From positions 5,494 to 69,493 of the forward strand of contig CAMZKV010000037.1 in NCBI GenBank assembly GCA_947311445.1: a stretch of DNA of 64,000 nt. Reading direction: 5' to 3'. The notes beneath the pieces are model-generated. The model was not told where the DNA came from, ran no database searches, and was given only the letters and a program-made list of their open reading frames with translations. The translations under genes and the position numbers were made by a program. Position 1 is the first letter of the stretch. Every line of letters begins with the position of its first letter. This DNA is from an uncultured Chlorobiota bacterium (GTDB taxonomy: Bacteria; Bacteroidota; Bacteroidia; Bacteroidales; JAADGE01). Below are positions 10,886 to 19,664 of the stretch, one piece after another.

Positions 10886-12577
10886 ATGTCAATATTAAAT
10901 AAAATTACAGAAGTATTAAAACATTTTCATAAAAATGAAGAATCGGAGATTAACCAAAAATATATGTTTCTAAATTTTTCTTTAATTTTCTTCAGTTTCT
11001 TTTCATTAATATTTTCAGTATTGCATTTTTTCTTTTCAGAAAGAATTACAAGCTATGTTTTATTTGTATTTTCATTTTTATCTTTTTTATTATTCTTTTA
11101 TTTTAAAAAGAAAATAGATTCTAATAAATATTCTACACTTTCAATAATTATTATATTTTCTTTCTTTGTTTATATTCTAATTAGTGGAGTAGGGAACAGC
11201 ACAGGATTAGTTTTTGGGCTTACATTTCCAGTAATTTTAGCGTTTTCTTTCAACATTAAAAAGGCAAATCTTTTTTCAATTTTATTCTTACTTATTACCA
11301 TAGTAGTTTTTTATGTCCCTTCAAGTTTTTGGGCAGACTATTCAACTGAATTTAAATTTAGATATTTAAGTGCATTTATCACAATTTTTATTTTTATTCA
11401 ATATTATTTAAAAATTAAACAACAAGATATTTATAAAAAGGAAAAACAAATTTTAGAATTGGAACAAAAAATTAGAAAACAAAGCGTTCTATTATCTAAT
11501 TTATCATACAAATTAAGAACTCCATTAAATAATATTTCCGGTTTTATAAATTTAAAAAGCAACGAATTTGAAGAAAGTGACGTGGAAGATGTTGAGCTTT
11601 CTGTTAGTAATTTAATAGCAATAATTAATTCAATATCTAGTGATTTTAATAGTAACACATTACAAAAAAGAGAAAAGAAAATACATTTTAAATTTAACTC
11701 AGCAATAAAAAAAACTGCTTCCTTATTTTATACCGATAAATACAGAAACTTAAAAATAAATTTGCAACTTTCAGACACTCATAACAAAATTGTTTTTGGA
11801 GAGCGAATTATTTTAATTCAAATTATATTATCTTCAATAGATTTTTTTTATAACAATAATAATAATAATGGCATTCTTAAAATCAAGATTATTTCTGAAG
11901 ATTTAAAGAGCTCAACAGGCGAAAAAATTAAAATTAAAATAATTAGCAATTCAAATTACAATTTTAATAAACAACTTGAAAATAATTCAACTATTATAAC
12001 ACCTGAAAAAAATAACAAAGAATTAACAACGCTAAAAGAGTTAGTAAATACATTCTCAGGTAAATTGTTAATAGAAACAGAACCATCTAAATCTTCTTTT
12101 ATTTTTGATTTAAATTTCAACACAAAACTTGAAAAGATAGTAAAAACAAGTACTTTAGCATTGATTAATGAAGACATACAAACAACTAATCCAAAAATAA
12201 AACTAGAAAATGCCAACATACTTTTAGTTGAAGATGATGTTGATAATAGTAAAATAATGATTTTAAATTTAAAATCCCATGTAAATAAAATAATTCTTGC
12301 AGAAAATGGGAAAGAAGCATTAGAAAAATTTGCTAGTACTAAAATTGACTTAATATTAATGGATGTTAGAATGCCCTTAATGGATGGATTTAAAACTACC
12401 GAAAAAATTAGAGAAGCCGAAGCTGGAATTGGACGAAAAATACCAATTATTGCAGTAACTGCTAATGCATCATCCGAAGTAAAGAAAAAATGTTTAGACT
12501 CGGGAATGACTACATATATGACAAAACCCACAAATTACAAACTTCTTCTAAAAAAAATGAAAAAACTACTAGACTAA
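10886..12577 (+). CDS. Membrane-anchored hybrid sensor with degenerate histidine-kinase core and intact receiver domain
   Basis: About 5 N-terminal TM segments; H-box reads SYKLRTPLNN; no recognisable N/G boxes; receiver has VEDD, LILMDVRMP, AVTA and TKP. Confidence 0.8.
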   Translation: MSILNKITEVLKHFHKNEESEINQKYMFLNFSLIFFSFFSLIFSVLHFFFSERITSYVLFVFSFLSFLLFFYFKKKIDSNKYSTLSIIIIFSFFVYILISGVGNSTGLVFGLTFPVILAFSFNIKKANLFSILFLLITIVVFYVPSSFWADYSTEFKFRYLSAFITIFIFIQYYLKIKQQDIYKKEKQILELEQKIRKQSVLLSNLSYKLRTPLNNISGFINLKSNEFEESDVEDVELSVSNLIAIINSISSDFNSNTLQKREKKIHFKFNSAIKKTASLFYTDKYRNLKINLQLSDTHNKIVFGERIILIQIILSSIDFFYNNNNNNGILKIKIISEDLKSSTGEKIKIKIISNSNYNFNKQLENNSTIITPEKNNKELTTLKELVNTFSGKLLIETEPSKSSFIFDLNFNTKLEKIVKTSTLALINEDIQTTNPKIKLENANILLVEDDVDNSKIMILNLKSHVNKIILAENGKEALEKFASTKIDLILMDVRMPLMDGFKTTEKIREAEAGIGRKIPIIAVTANASSEVKKKCLDSGMTTYMTKPTNYKLLLKKMKKLLD

Positions 12578-12629
12578 AAATGTAAAATATATTTTTATCT
12601 AATTAAAAAATATTTTTTAAATTTTATAT

Positions 12630-14768
12630 ATGCGCAAGTTGTTATTTATCTTTCTGACTTTTAACATAGCAATTAATGGATATTCCCAAAGCAATCTACT
12701 AGATTCTTTATTAAAAGAATACAACTATGAAAAAAATGATTCTTCTAAAATTAGCAAACTAATTAATATTGGAACAATCTTTTTGAATACTAATCCGGAT
12801 TCTTCAGAATATTACTTTTCAAAAGCCGGAGAATTATGCAACTTAATGATTAAATCAGATAATCCTAAAACAAAAGAAGATGGGCTATTTTTATACTCAA
12901 AATCATTATTTAAAAAAGCATTATACAAATCTTTAATTAGCGATTATCTTAAAGCAGAAGAATTATTTTTAACAGTAATTAATAAATTAACAGAACTTAT
13001 TAATTCATCTAAAAACGAAACAATAATATCAAATTCTAAAATAATAGAAGCCAATTGTTTTGAAGGAATTGCTGATATTTATTATGAAAAAGGATATTAT
13101 ACAATTGCTTTAAAAAACTATATTGAAGCAACTAAAATTAAAGAAATTCTAATTAAAAATGGCATAGTGAAAGAAAGTGAATCGGCAGGACAATACTTTC
13201 ATCTTGGCATGGTTCATTTTGAATTGAAAAATTATAAACGTGCACTAAAAAACTACACAAAATGCCTTGAAATTTCAAAAAAATTTAATAATGAAACTGG
13301 TATAGCAAAGTCAAATAACAATATTGGACTAATATATTTGGAGTTAAACAAACCTAAGGTCGCAATTTCATATATAAACCAATCATTAAAGTATGCAAAA
13401 CATACAAATAATTTAATCTTAAAAGCTCAAGCATATGATGGACTAGCAGAGTGTTATATTTCTTTAAAAAACTTCAAACAAGCTGAACTAAATTTAGTTA
13501 AAGCAATAATAATTGCAAGAAAAGTTGGAAACAAACAAGGAGAAATATATATATTACTAGGATTAGCAAATTTATATCAAAAAACAAATAAATATTCAAA
13601 ATCAATTTTGTATTGTAAAAAAGCAATTGAAATTTCAAAAAATATTGGCTCTATTATTTTAGAAAAAAATGCTTATGAGCAAATGTTTGAAACTTATGAT
13701 TCTCAAAAGGACTATAAAAATGCTCTTTTTTATCATAAAAAATTCAAAGCATTACAAGATTCTATTTTCAGCAAAGAAAAAAATAAACAACTTGAAGAAG
13801 TTGAAGCAAAATTTATGGCAAATAAAAAACAAAAAGAAATTGACAGAAAAAACATTGAATTATTTAAAAAAGATGAACATTTAAAACGAAAAAAATTAGA
13901 AAATATCACATTTATTTTTCTAACATCAATTCTTTTAATTCTTATAACTATTATATTCATAAGTTTAAGAAACAGAAAGAAAAAAGGAATTCTTATAAGC
14001 GAACAAAATAAAAAAATAACGGACAGCATAAAGTATGCTAAAACAATCCAAAATGCTACGCTACCAACTTTTAAGTATTTAAAACAAATTTCAAAAGACT
14101 TCTTTATCTTTTACAAACCACTTCAAATTGTGAGTGGAGACTTTTATTGGGCTTTAAAAAAAGAAGACCTTACTGTTTTTGTTGTTGCTGATTGTACCGG
14201 ACATGGAGTGCCAGGTGCTTTTGTAAGTATGTTTGGAATATCGCTCTTAAATGAATTAATCTTGAAATCCGATTTAAAAACGCCCCATCTTATTTTAGAA
14301 GAAATGAGGTTTATTTTAAAAAAATCATTTAAACAAACTGGAAAATTTAAAGATCAAACAGATGGGATTGATATAGCCTTAGCAGTTATCAATAATATAA
14401 CTAATGAACTATATTTTGCCAGTGCAAATCAAACGGCATACCTAATGCGAAAAAGTGCAATAACTGAACTCATCGCAGTTAAAAATCCTGTTGGAATTTA
14501 CCCAAAAGAAGTTTTATTTAAAATGCAAACAATTAATTTAGAAAAAGACGACATAATATATCTGTTTACCGATGGTTATTCTGACCAATTTGGAGGAAAC
14601 TCTTTAAAACCAAAGAAATTTACAGAACAAAGATTTAAAAATTTACTGTCTGAAATTTATACTAAGCCAATGAAAGAACAAAAAGAAATATTAGAATTGA
14701 AATTTAATGAGTGGAAAAAAGGAAAGAAACAAATTGATGATGTTCTAATTTTTGGAATAAAATATTAA
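12630..14768 (+). CDS. TPR-repeat sensor / TM / SpoIIE (PP2C) protein phosphatase
   Basis: Signal peptide, multiple TPR-like helical repeats, one TM helix, then VSGDFYW, ADCTGHGVPGA, DGIDI, FTDGYSDQFGG, DDVLI. Confidence 0.9.
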   Translation: MRKLLFIFLTFNIAINGYSQSNLLDSLLKEYNYEKNDSSKISKLINIGTIFLNTNPDSSEYYFSKAGELCNLMIKSDNPKTKEDGLFLYSKSLFKKALYKSLISDYLKAEELFLTVINKLTELINSSKNETIISNSKIIEANCFEGIADIYYEKGYYTIALKNYIEATKIKEILIKNGIVKESESAGQYFHLGMVHFELKNYKRALKNYTKCLEISKKFNNETGIAKSNNNIGLIYLELNKPKVAISYINQSLKYAKHTNNLILKAQAYDGLAECYISLKNFKQAELNLVKAIIIARKVGNKQGEIYILLGLANLYQKTNKYSKSILYCKKAIEISKNIGSIILEKNAYEQMFETYDSQKDYKNALFYHKKFKALQDSIFSKEKNKQLEEVEAKFMANKKQKEIDRKNIELFKKDEHLKRKKLENITFIFLTSILLILITIIFISLRNRKKKGILISEQNKKITDSIKYAKTIQNATLPTFKYLKQISKDFFIFYKPLQIVSGDFYWALKKEDLTVFVVADCTGHGVPGAFVSMFGISLLNELILKSDLKTPHLILEEMRFILKKSFKQTGKFKDQTDGIDIALAVINNITNELYFASANQTAYLMRKSAITELIAVKNPVGIYPKEVLFKMQTINLEKDDIIYLFTDGYSDQFGGNSLKPKKFTEQRFKNLLSEIYTKPMKEQKEILELKFNEWKKGKKQIDDVLIFGIKY

Positions 14769-14923
14769 ACATAAAACCTAAAAAAAAATGAAACACCCAT
14801 GAATTTAACTATTAAATAGCATACAGACTACTTGCAAAAAAACAAGTGTTTCTATATGCAGAATAAAACAATTACAATAAATACAACTTATTTAAAATTA
14901 ATTAATTACAAAATATTAGACAC

Positions 14924-15796
14924 ATGAAATTTGAAATGAATAAAATTATTGTCAAAGCAAATAGCAAGATTAATATTGAAAGTTATGATACAAAATATGT
15001 TGGAGAATTTGACAAAGATTCTGCAAAAAAAGCTTTGAAAAAAAACACAAAAGAATTAAAAGAAATTCAAGAAATGTTCTATGCAGATGATACCCATTCT
15101 TTATTAATAATTCTTCAGGCATCAGATGCTGCCGGTAAAGATGGAGCAATAAGACACGTAATGGGAGGTATTAACCCGCAAGGATGCAGAGTTCATAGCT
15201 TTAAAGCCCCGTCCAAGAATGAACTAGAACACGATTTTATTTGGAGACATTACAAAGCTCTTCCTGAACGAGGAATGATAGAAATTTTCAACCGATCTCA
15301 TTATGAAAATGTTTTAGTAACAAAGGTTCATCCAGAATGGATACTTGGAGAAAATATCCCTTATATTAATTCAGTTGCTGATATTGATGAAAACTTTTGG
15401 GCAGACCGCTACAAAAGAATAAATGATTTTGAATATCATATACATAAAAGTGGAACACGAATTTTGAAATTCTTTTTAAATATCTCAAAAGAAGAACAAA
15501 AGAACAGGTTTCTAGCGAGATTAGATACTCCTAAAAAACAATGGAAATTTAGTACCGGAGATTTAAAAGAACGAAAATATTGGAAAGAATATCGTAAAGC
15601 TTTTGAAGATATGATTAATAATACCTCAACTGAATACGCGCCTTGGCATATTATTCCTGCCGACAATAAATGGTTCTCTAGAATAGCAATTGGTGAAATA
15701 ATTTACAAAACAATGAAAGATTTGAATTTAAAATATCCAAAGCCCGAAAATCAAGAATTACTTAATGAAGCCAGAAAACAACTAATGGACGAATAA
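14924..15796 (+). CDS. ppk2: Polyphosphate kinase 2 family protein (class III-like)
   Basis: LQASDAAGKDG Walker A, SFKAPS.EL.HDF.WR, IFNRSHYE, KFFLNISKEEQ..RF, APWHIIPADNKW. Confidence 0.9.
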   Translation: MKFEMNKIIVKANSKINIESYDTKYVGEFDKDSAKKALKKNTKELKEIQEMFYADDTHSLLIILQASDAAGKDGAIRHVMGGINPQGCRVHSFKAPSKNELEHDFIWRHYKALPERGMIEIFNRSHYENVLVTKVHPEWILGENIPYINSVADIDENFWADRYKRINDFEYHIHKSGTRILKFFLNISKEEQKNRFLARLDTPKKQWKFSTGDLKERKYWKEYRKAFEDMINNTSTEYAPWHIIPADNKWFSRIAIGEIIYKTMKDLNLKYPKPENQELLNEARKQLMDE

Positions 15797-15808
15797 TGAA
15801 ACTTTTAT

Positions 15809-15843
15809 AACCCTGTCAGTGTCTTTAAGACCTGACAGCGGTT
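15809..15843. repeat. REP-like GC-rich palindrome (CCTGTCAG...CTGACAGG type)
   Basis: aaccctgtcag-tgtctttaagac-ctgacagcggtt directly after the ppk2 stop. Confidence 0.55.
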
Positions 15844-15888
15844 TTAGTTTTATGTTTATCCAATATGCCTTTTTTATAAAAAAAATAC

Positions 15889-15916
15889 AAAAAAAAGAGC
15901 TATAAAAAATAGCTCT
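15889..15916 (-). terminator. Intrinsic terminator after tRNA-Arg
   Basis: agagctat / atagctct stem with a U-run on the minus strand. Confidence 0.7.
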
Positions 15917-15930
15917 AAATAATAATAAAG

Positions 15931-16002
15931 TACCCCCAACAAGAATCGAACTTGTATCTACAGTTTAGGAAACTGCTATTCTATCCGTTGAACTATGAGG
16001 GC
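15931..16002 (-). tRNA. tRNA-Arg (CCT)
   Basis: GCCCTCA...GCAGT-TTCCTAA-ACTGT...AGTTCGATTCT...TGGGGGT-A; TATTTTTG -7 element upstream. Confidence 0.95.
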
Positions 16003-16098
16003 TAAATTTATTCGCAAAAATAGAAAAAAAATCAATTTTTCCCACTTTAAGTTTTAGAATTTTGTTGGGAGCCTACAAACTACAAAAAAAATAGACTT

Positions 16099-16200
16099 AT
16101 ACTTCCTTTTGCATAGCACCACAACGGTTAACCTGAATTATTTACAGGTTTTCGTTATGAAAAATAAAAATACCATTAGAAGTCGGAAGCGTAGAAGTAT
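16099..16200 (-). ncRNA. ssrS: Candidate 6S-Flavo-type 6S RNA
   Basis: 102-nt rod: closing stem ATACTTC/GAAGTAT, large central bubble, inner stems CATAACG/CGTTGTG (G-U pair favours the minus strand) and AACCTG/CAGGTT, followed by a U-run. Confidence 0.6.
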
Positions 16201-16395
16201 TTTACTGAACAAATTGTAGCCCCAATTTTGAGCTAAATAAATTTTAAAATTTTTAATTATAGCAAGTAATTTAGCTTTGTAATAGTAAATTTGTGAATAA
16301 ATTAGGCTAAAGCAAAAAACTTAGAAAAGTGATATGTTTTGCACTAATTTGAGACCTAAAAAAATAGTGAAAAAGCTGTAACAACAATCAAACAC

Positions 16396-16623
16396 CTATA
16401 TTTTTTCAACTTTTATAATATTTACAGGACAAACATCAGCAGCTTCATTATTGCTTTCAAAATCATCATCTGAACTAATAGAAATATAAATTCCGTTCTT
16501 AACACTTGATTCCAAAAGTGTGCTTTTCCCATCTGTTTCATCCATAATCCAATTTGAAGGAGCAACTTCTACACAATAATTACAACCAATACATTTTATT
16601 CTTTGATGACTTATTCTTATCAT
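16396..16623 (-). CDS. Single-cluster ferredoxin
   Basis: CIGCNYC...CPV cysteine pattern in 75 aa. Confidence 0.85.
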   Translation of the reverse strand: MIRISHQRIKCIGCNYCVEVAPSNWIMDETDGKSTLLESSVKNGIYISISSDDDFESNNEAADVCPVNIIKVEKI

Positions 16624-16707
16624 AATTTATTTTAAAAGCACAATTTTATTAATTTTGATGATTATTAAAAAATAAATGTTTTTTTACTTTTTTATCTTAA
16701 AAAACCA

Positions 16708-19587
16708 ATGCAAATATTAAATAATAAATTACTGAATAAAAATAAAATAATTATTAGTTTAACTATTTCTGTATTTTTTGTTGTAGGCTGTGCACAAGTA
16801 GGTTCTTTATCGGGAGGAGAAAAAGACAAAGATCCTCCTGTTCTTTTAAAAAGCAAACCAAAAATGCAAGCCTTAAATTTTAATGATAATAAAATAGTAC
16901 TTTTTTTTGACGAATATATTGTTTTAGATAATTTAAACTCAAAATTTATTTCTTCGCCACCAATGAAAGAAAAACCAGAATTTAAATTAAAAGGCAAAAA
17001 ATTAATTATAAAACTAAAAGAAAAACTATTAGACACAACAACATATTCTTTCCGCTTTGGCGATGCAATTCAAGACAACAATGAAAAAAACCCTTTAAAA
17101 GATTTTGAATTTATATTCTCAACAGGAAATATAATTGATACAATGGAAATTTCAGGAAATTTAAAAGATGCTTTTACAGGAAAACCGGAAGAAGAAATGT
17201 TTGTTATGCTATACCGAGAATATAACGATTCAACTCCAATCAATAAAATTCCGTATTACATCACAAAAACCGATACTTCCGGAAATTTTTCCATAGATTA
17301 TATGAAGTATGGAAAGTACAAGGTATTTGCTCTCAAAGATTTGAATTTTGACTATAAATTTAGTTTGCCAAATGAAAAAATAGCATTTTTAGACAGCCTT
17401 ATTTCTCCGAAAGTTAAAACAAAAACAAAAATTGACAGTCTAAAAGCAGGAACAGTTATACACAGAAATAATAATGATAAAATTGGAGATACTCTTGTAA
17501 ATGATACAGTTATCATTTCGCAAGAAGTAATTTATCTTACAAATAATATAAATTTATTGAGTTTTGAAGAAGATAATGCAAAACAATATATTATTGACTC
17601 TAAACGAGAAATGAAAGGAAAATGTGAATTTGTTTTTAATAAAAAACCAGATTCTATTTCTATTTTTAGCATAGATTTTCCCTTAATAAAAAATAATTAT
17701 TTTGTTGAAAAATCAGACACAGGAAAATCTATTACTTATTGGCTAAAAGAAAAAGATATGTTTGAAAAAGATTCTTTAAAATTCTCTGTTTCATATTTAA
17801 ATAAAGACTCTCTTGAAAACATTGTAAAAGAAACAGATACACTAATTTTCTCGTATAATATTCTAAAAGATACAATTAAACATTATACTGAGTTTAATAA
17901 TTTAAAAACCGAGCAAGATTCTTTTCTAAATTACACTATTGAAACAAACACGCCTATTTATAAAATTGACAGCACAAAAATAAAACTATTTTCAATTCTA
18001 GATACTGCTGTTATAGACACAAAAAAACAAAAACTTTTAAACTATTACAGACCATCTCCGGACTCTTTATTTTTTTCTTTAAAAAGACCTTTTTTAAACG
18101 ACTTTTATGTTGAAGCTCTTAATTTTGATACTACAAAAAAATGGTATGATAAAGAATACTATAAAGACACTCTTTTAAAATGCAAAATAACTAATGAAAA
18201 CTTATATAAAAAAGACACATTAAAACTTGTATTGCACTACGATAATAATTTTTTCAAAAACCAAACCCAAAAATTTGCAGATACTATATCCATACCACTT
18301 TTAAAACAAGGAGTAATTTCAGTAAGAAGAGAATCTGCCGACACAATACAAATAACATTTAAAAAACACATTTCAGAAGATACAAAATTAATTATTAATA
18401 ATGATAATGATTGGTATGAAAGAATTAAATCTAAAAACAAGAGTACATTAAATCTTAAAATAACAAAACAAGCATTTTCCGACAAAGACACTCTTATTTT
18501 AACAATAAAAACAAAAGATTACGACAACACTTCCGGTAAAATGATTTTTTATGAATACTCAAAAAATGCAATTTTTAAATTTAACAAACAAAAAATTAAA
18601 AAAGCTACAAGGCCTGAAAGAAATAAATTATTTTTTGTCATGAACAAAGCATTAATAAATAATTTTGAATTAAAATCTTTAAGTTTTACATTAAATACAG
18701 AATGGTATGAAAAAGAAATTTGCAAAACAAAAGATACTGTTAAAATCACAATAACAGATAGATTTGTTTCTAATATGGATACTATTAAATTAGAACTTAA
18801 ATACAAAACAATAAATAGATTCAATAAAAATATTGAAGAAAAAGACACTATTACTCTTACATATAAAAAAACAAGAAAAAGAAGAGGAAGAAGATCTTCA
18901 AACCAAGCTACTTCCAAAAAAGAATCTAAAACAAAACAATTACAAAACGTAAGTATTGAAGTTCCAGTAAAATACAAAATATTAAAAGACACAATGTCTG
19001 AAAGAAAATATCAAATTAATTATCCATGGATATCAGGTCGAAAATATGTTTTAAAAATAGATTCAATAGCTTTTATAGATATATATGAAAATTATTCAAA
19101 AACACAAGAAACAAGTTTCAGTATAAGAGAAAAAGATTACTATAGTAAAATGAAATTTAATCTTTCAAATGTTTTGAACATAAGCAAAGCAAATTTCTTT
19201 TCAAAAACTAAGATAGACACAACTAACTTGGTTCAAGCAGACACTAGCAAAACCAATATAGCTTCTTCTGATACAATAAAACAAGAAAAATTTATTACAG
19301 ATTCAATTGCAAACAGTAAATTAGAAAAAGGACAGATAATTTTTGAATTATATAATGAAAATGAAGAATTAATAAAAACTAAATATACAAATTCAAATAT
19401 TATATTTTTTATTGATAATCTTGTACCGGGAAAATATAAAGTAAAATTAATTTATGATGAAAATAACAATAAAAAATGGGATACCGGTAATTACTTAAAA
19501 AACAAACAACCTGAAAGAGTAATTTTCTATTCAAAAGAAATAAATTTAAGCTCCGGCATAGAAACAACTTTTGATTGGGTTTTATAA
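16708..19587 (+). CDS. Ig-like (Big_5-type) domain lipoprotein with internal repeat expansion
   Basis: Lipobox VVGC followed by CAQVGSLSGGEKDKDPP, F.FDEY, TYSFRFGDAIQDNNE, and C-terminal PGKYKVKLIYDENNNKKWDTG...QPERV typical of this Bacteroidota family. Confidence 0.8.
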   Translation: MQILNNKLLNKNKIIISLTISVFFVVGCAQVGSLSGGEKDKDPPVLLKSKPKMQALNFNDNKIVLFFDEYIVLDNLNSKFISSPPMKEKPEFKLKGKKLIIKLKEKLLDTTTYSFRFGDAIQDNNEKNPLKDFEFIFSTGNIIDTMEISGNLKDAFTGKPEEEMFVMLYREYNDSTPINKIPYYITKTDTSGNFSIDYMKYGKYKVFALKDLNFDYKFSLPNEKIAFLDSLISPKVKTKTKIDSLKAGTVIHRNNNDKIGDTLVNDTVIISQEVIYLTNNINLLSFEEDNAKQYIIDSKREMKGKCEFVFNKKPDSISIFSIDFPLIKNNYFVEKSDTGKSITYWLKEKDMFEKDSLKFSVSYLNKDSLENIVKETDTLIFSYNILKDTIKHYTEFNNLKTEQDSFLNYTIETNTPIYKIDSTKIKLFSILDTAVIDTKKQKLLNYYRPSPDSLFFSLKRPFLNDFYVEALNFDTTKKWYDKEYYKDTLLKCKITNENLYKKDTLKLVLHYDNNFFKNQTQKFADTISIPLLKQGVISVRRESADTIQITFKKHISEDTKLIINNDNDWYERIKSKNKSTLNLKITKQAFSDKDTLILTIKTKDYDNTSGKMIFYEYSKNAIFKFNKQKIKKATRPERNKLFFVMNKALINNFELKSLSFTLNTEWYEKEICKTKDTVKITITDRFVSNMDTIKLELKYKTINRFNKNIEEKDTITLTYKKTRKRRGRRSSNQATSKKESKTKQLQNVSIEVPVKYKILKDTMSERKYQINYPWISGRKYVLKIDSIAFIDIYENYSKTQETSFSIREKDYYSKMKFNLSNVLNISKANFFSKTKIDTTNLVQADTSKTNIASSDTIKQEKFITDSIANSKLEKGQIIFELYNENEELIKTKYTNSNIIFFIDNLVPGKYKVKLIYDENNNKKWDTGNYLKNKQPERVIFYSKEINLSSGIETTFDWVL

Positions 19588-19664
19588 AAATATAATTTAC
19601 TGATTAAAATCTAATAAAAAAGCAAATAAAATAATTTTTTAAACAAACAGTTAAATACTTAACA

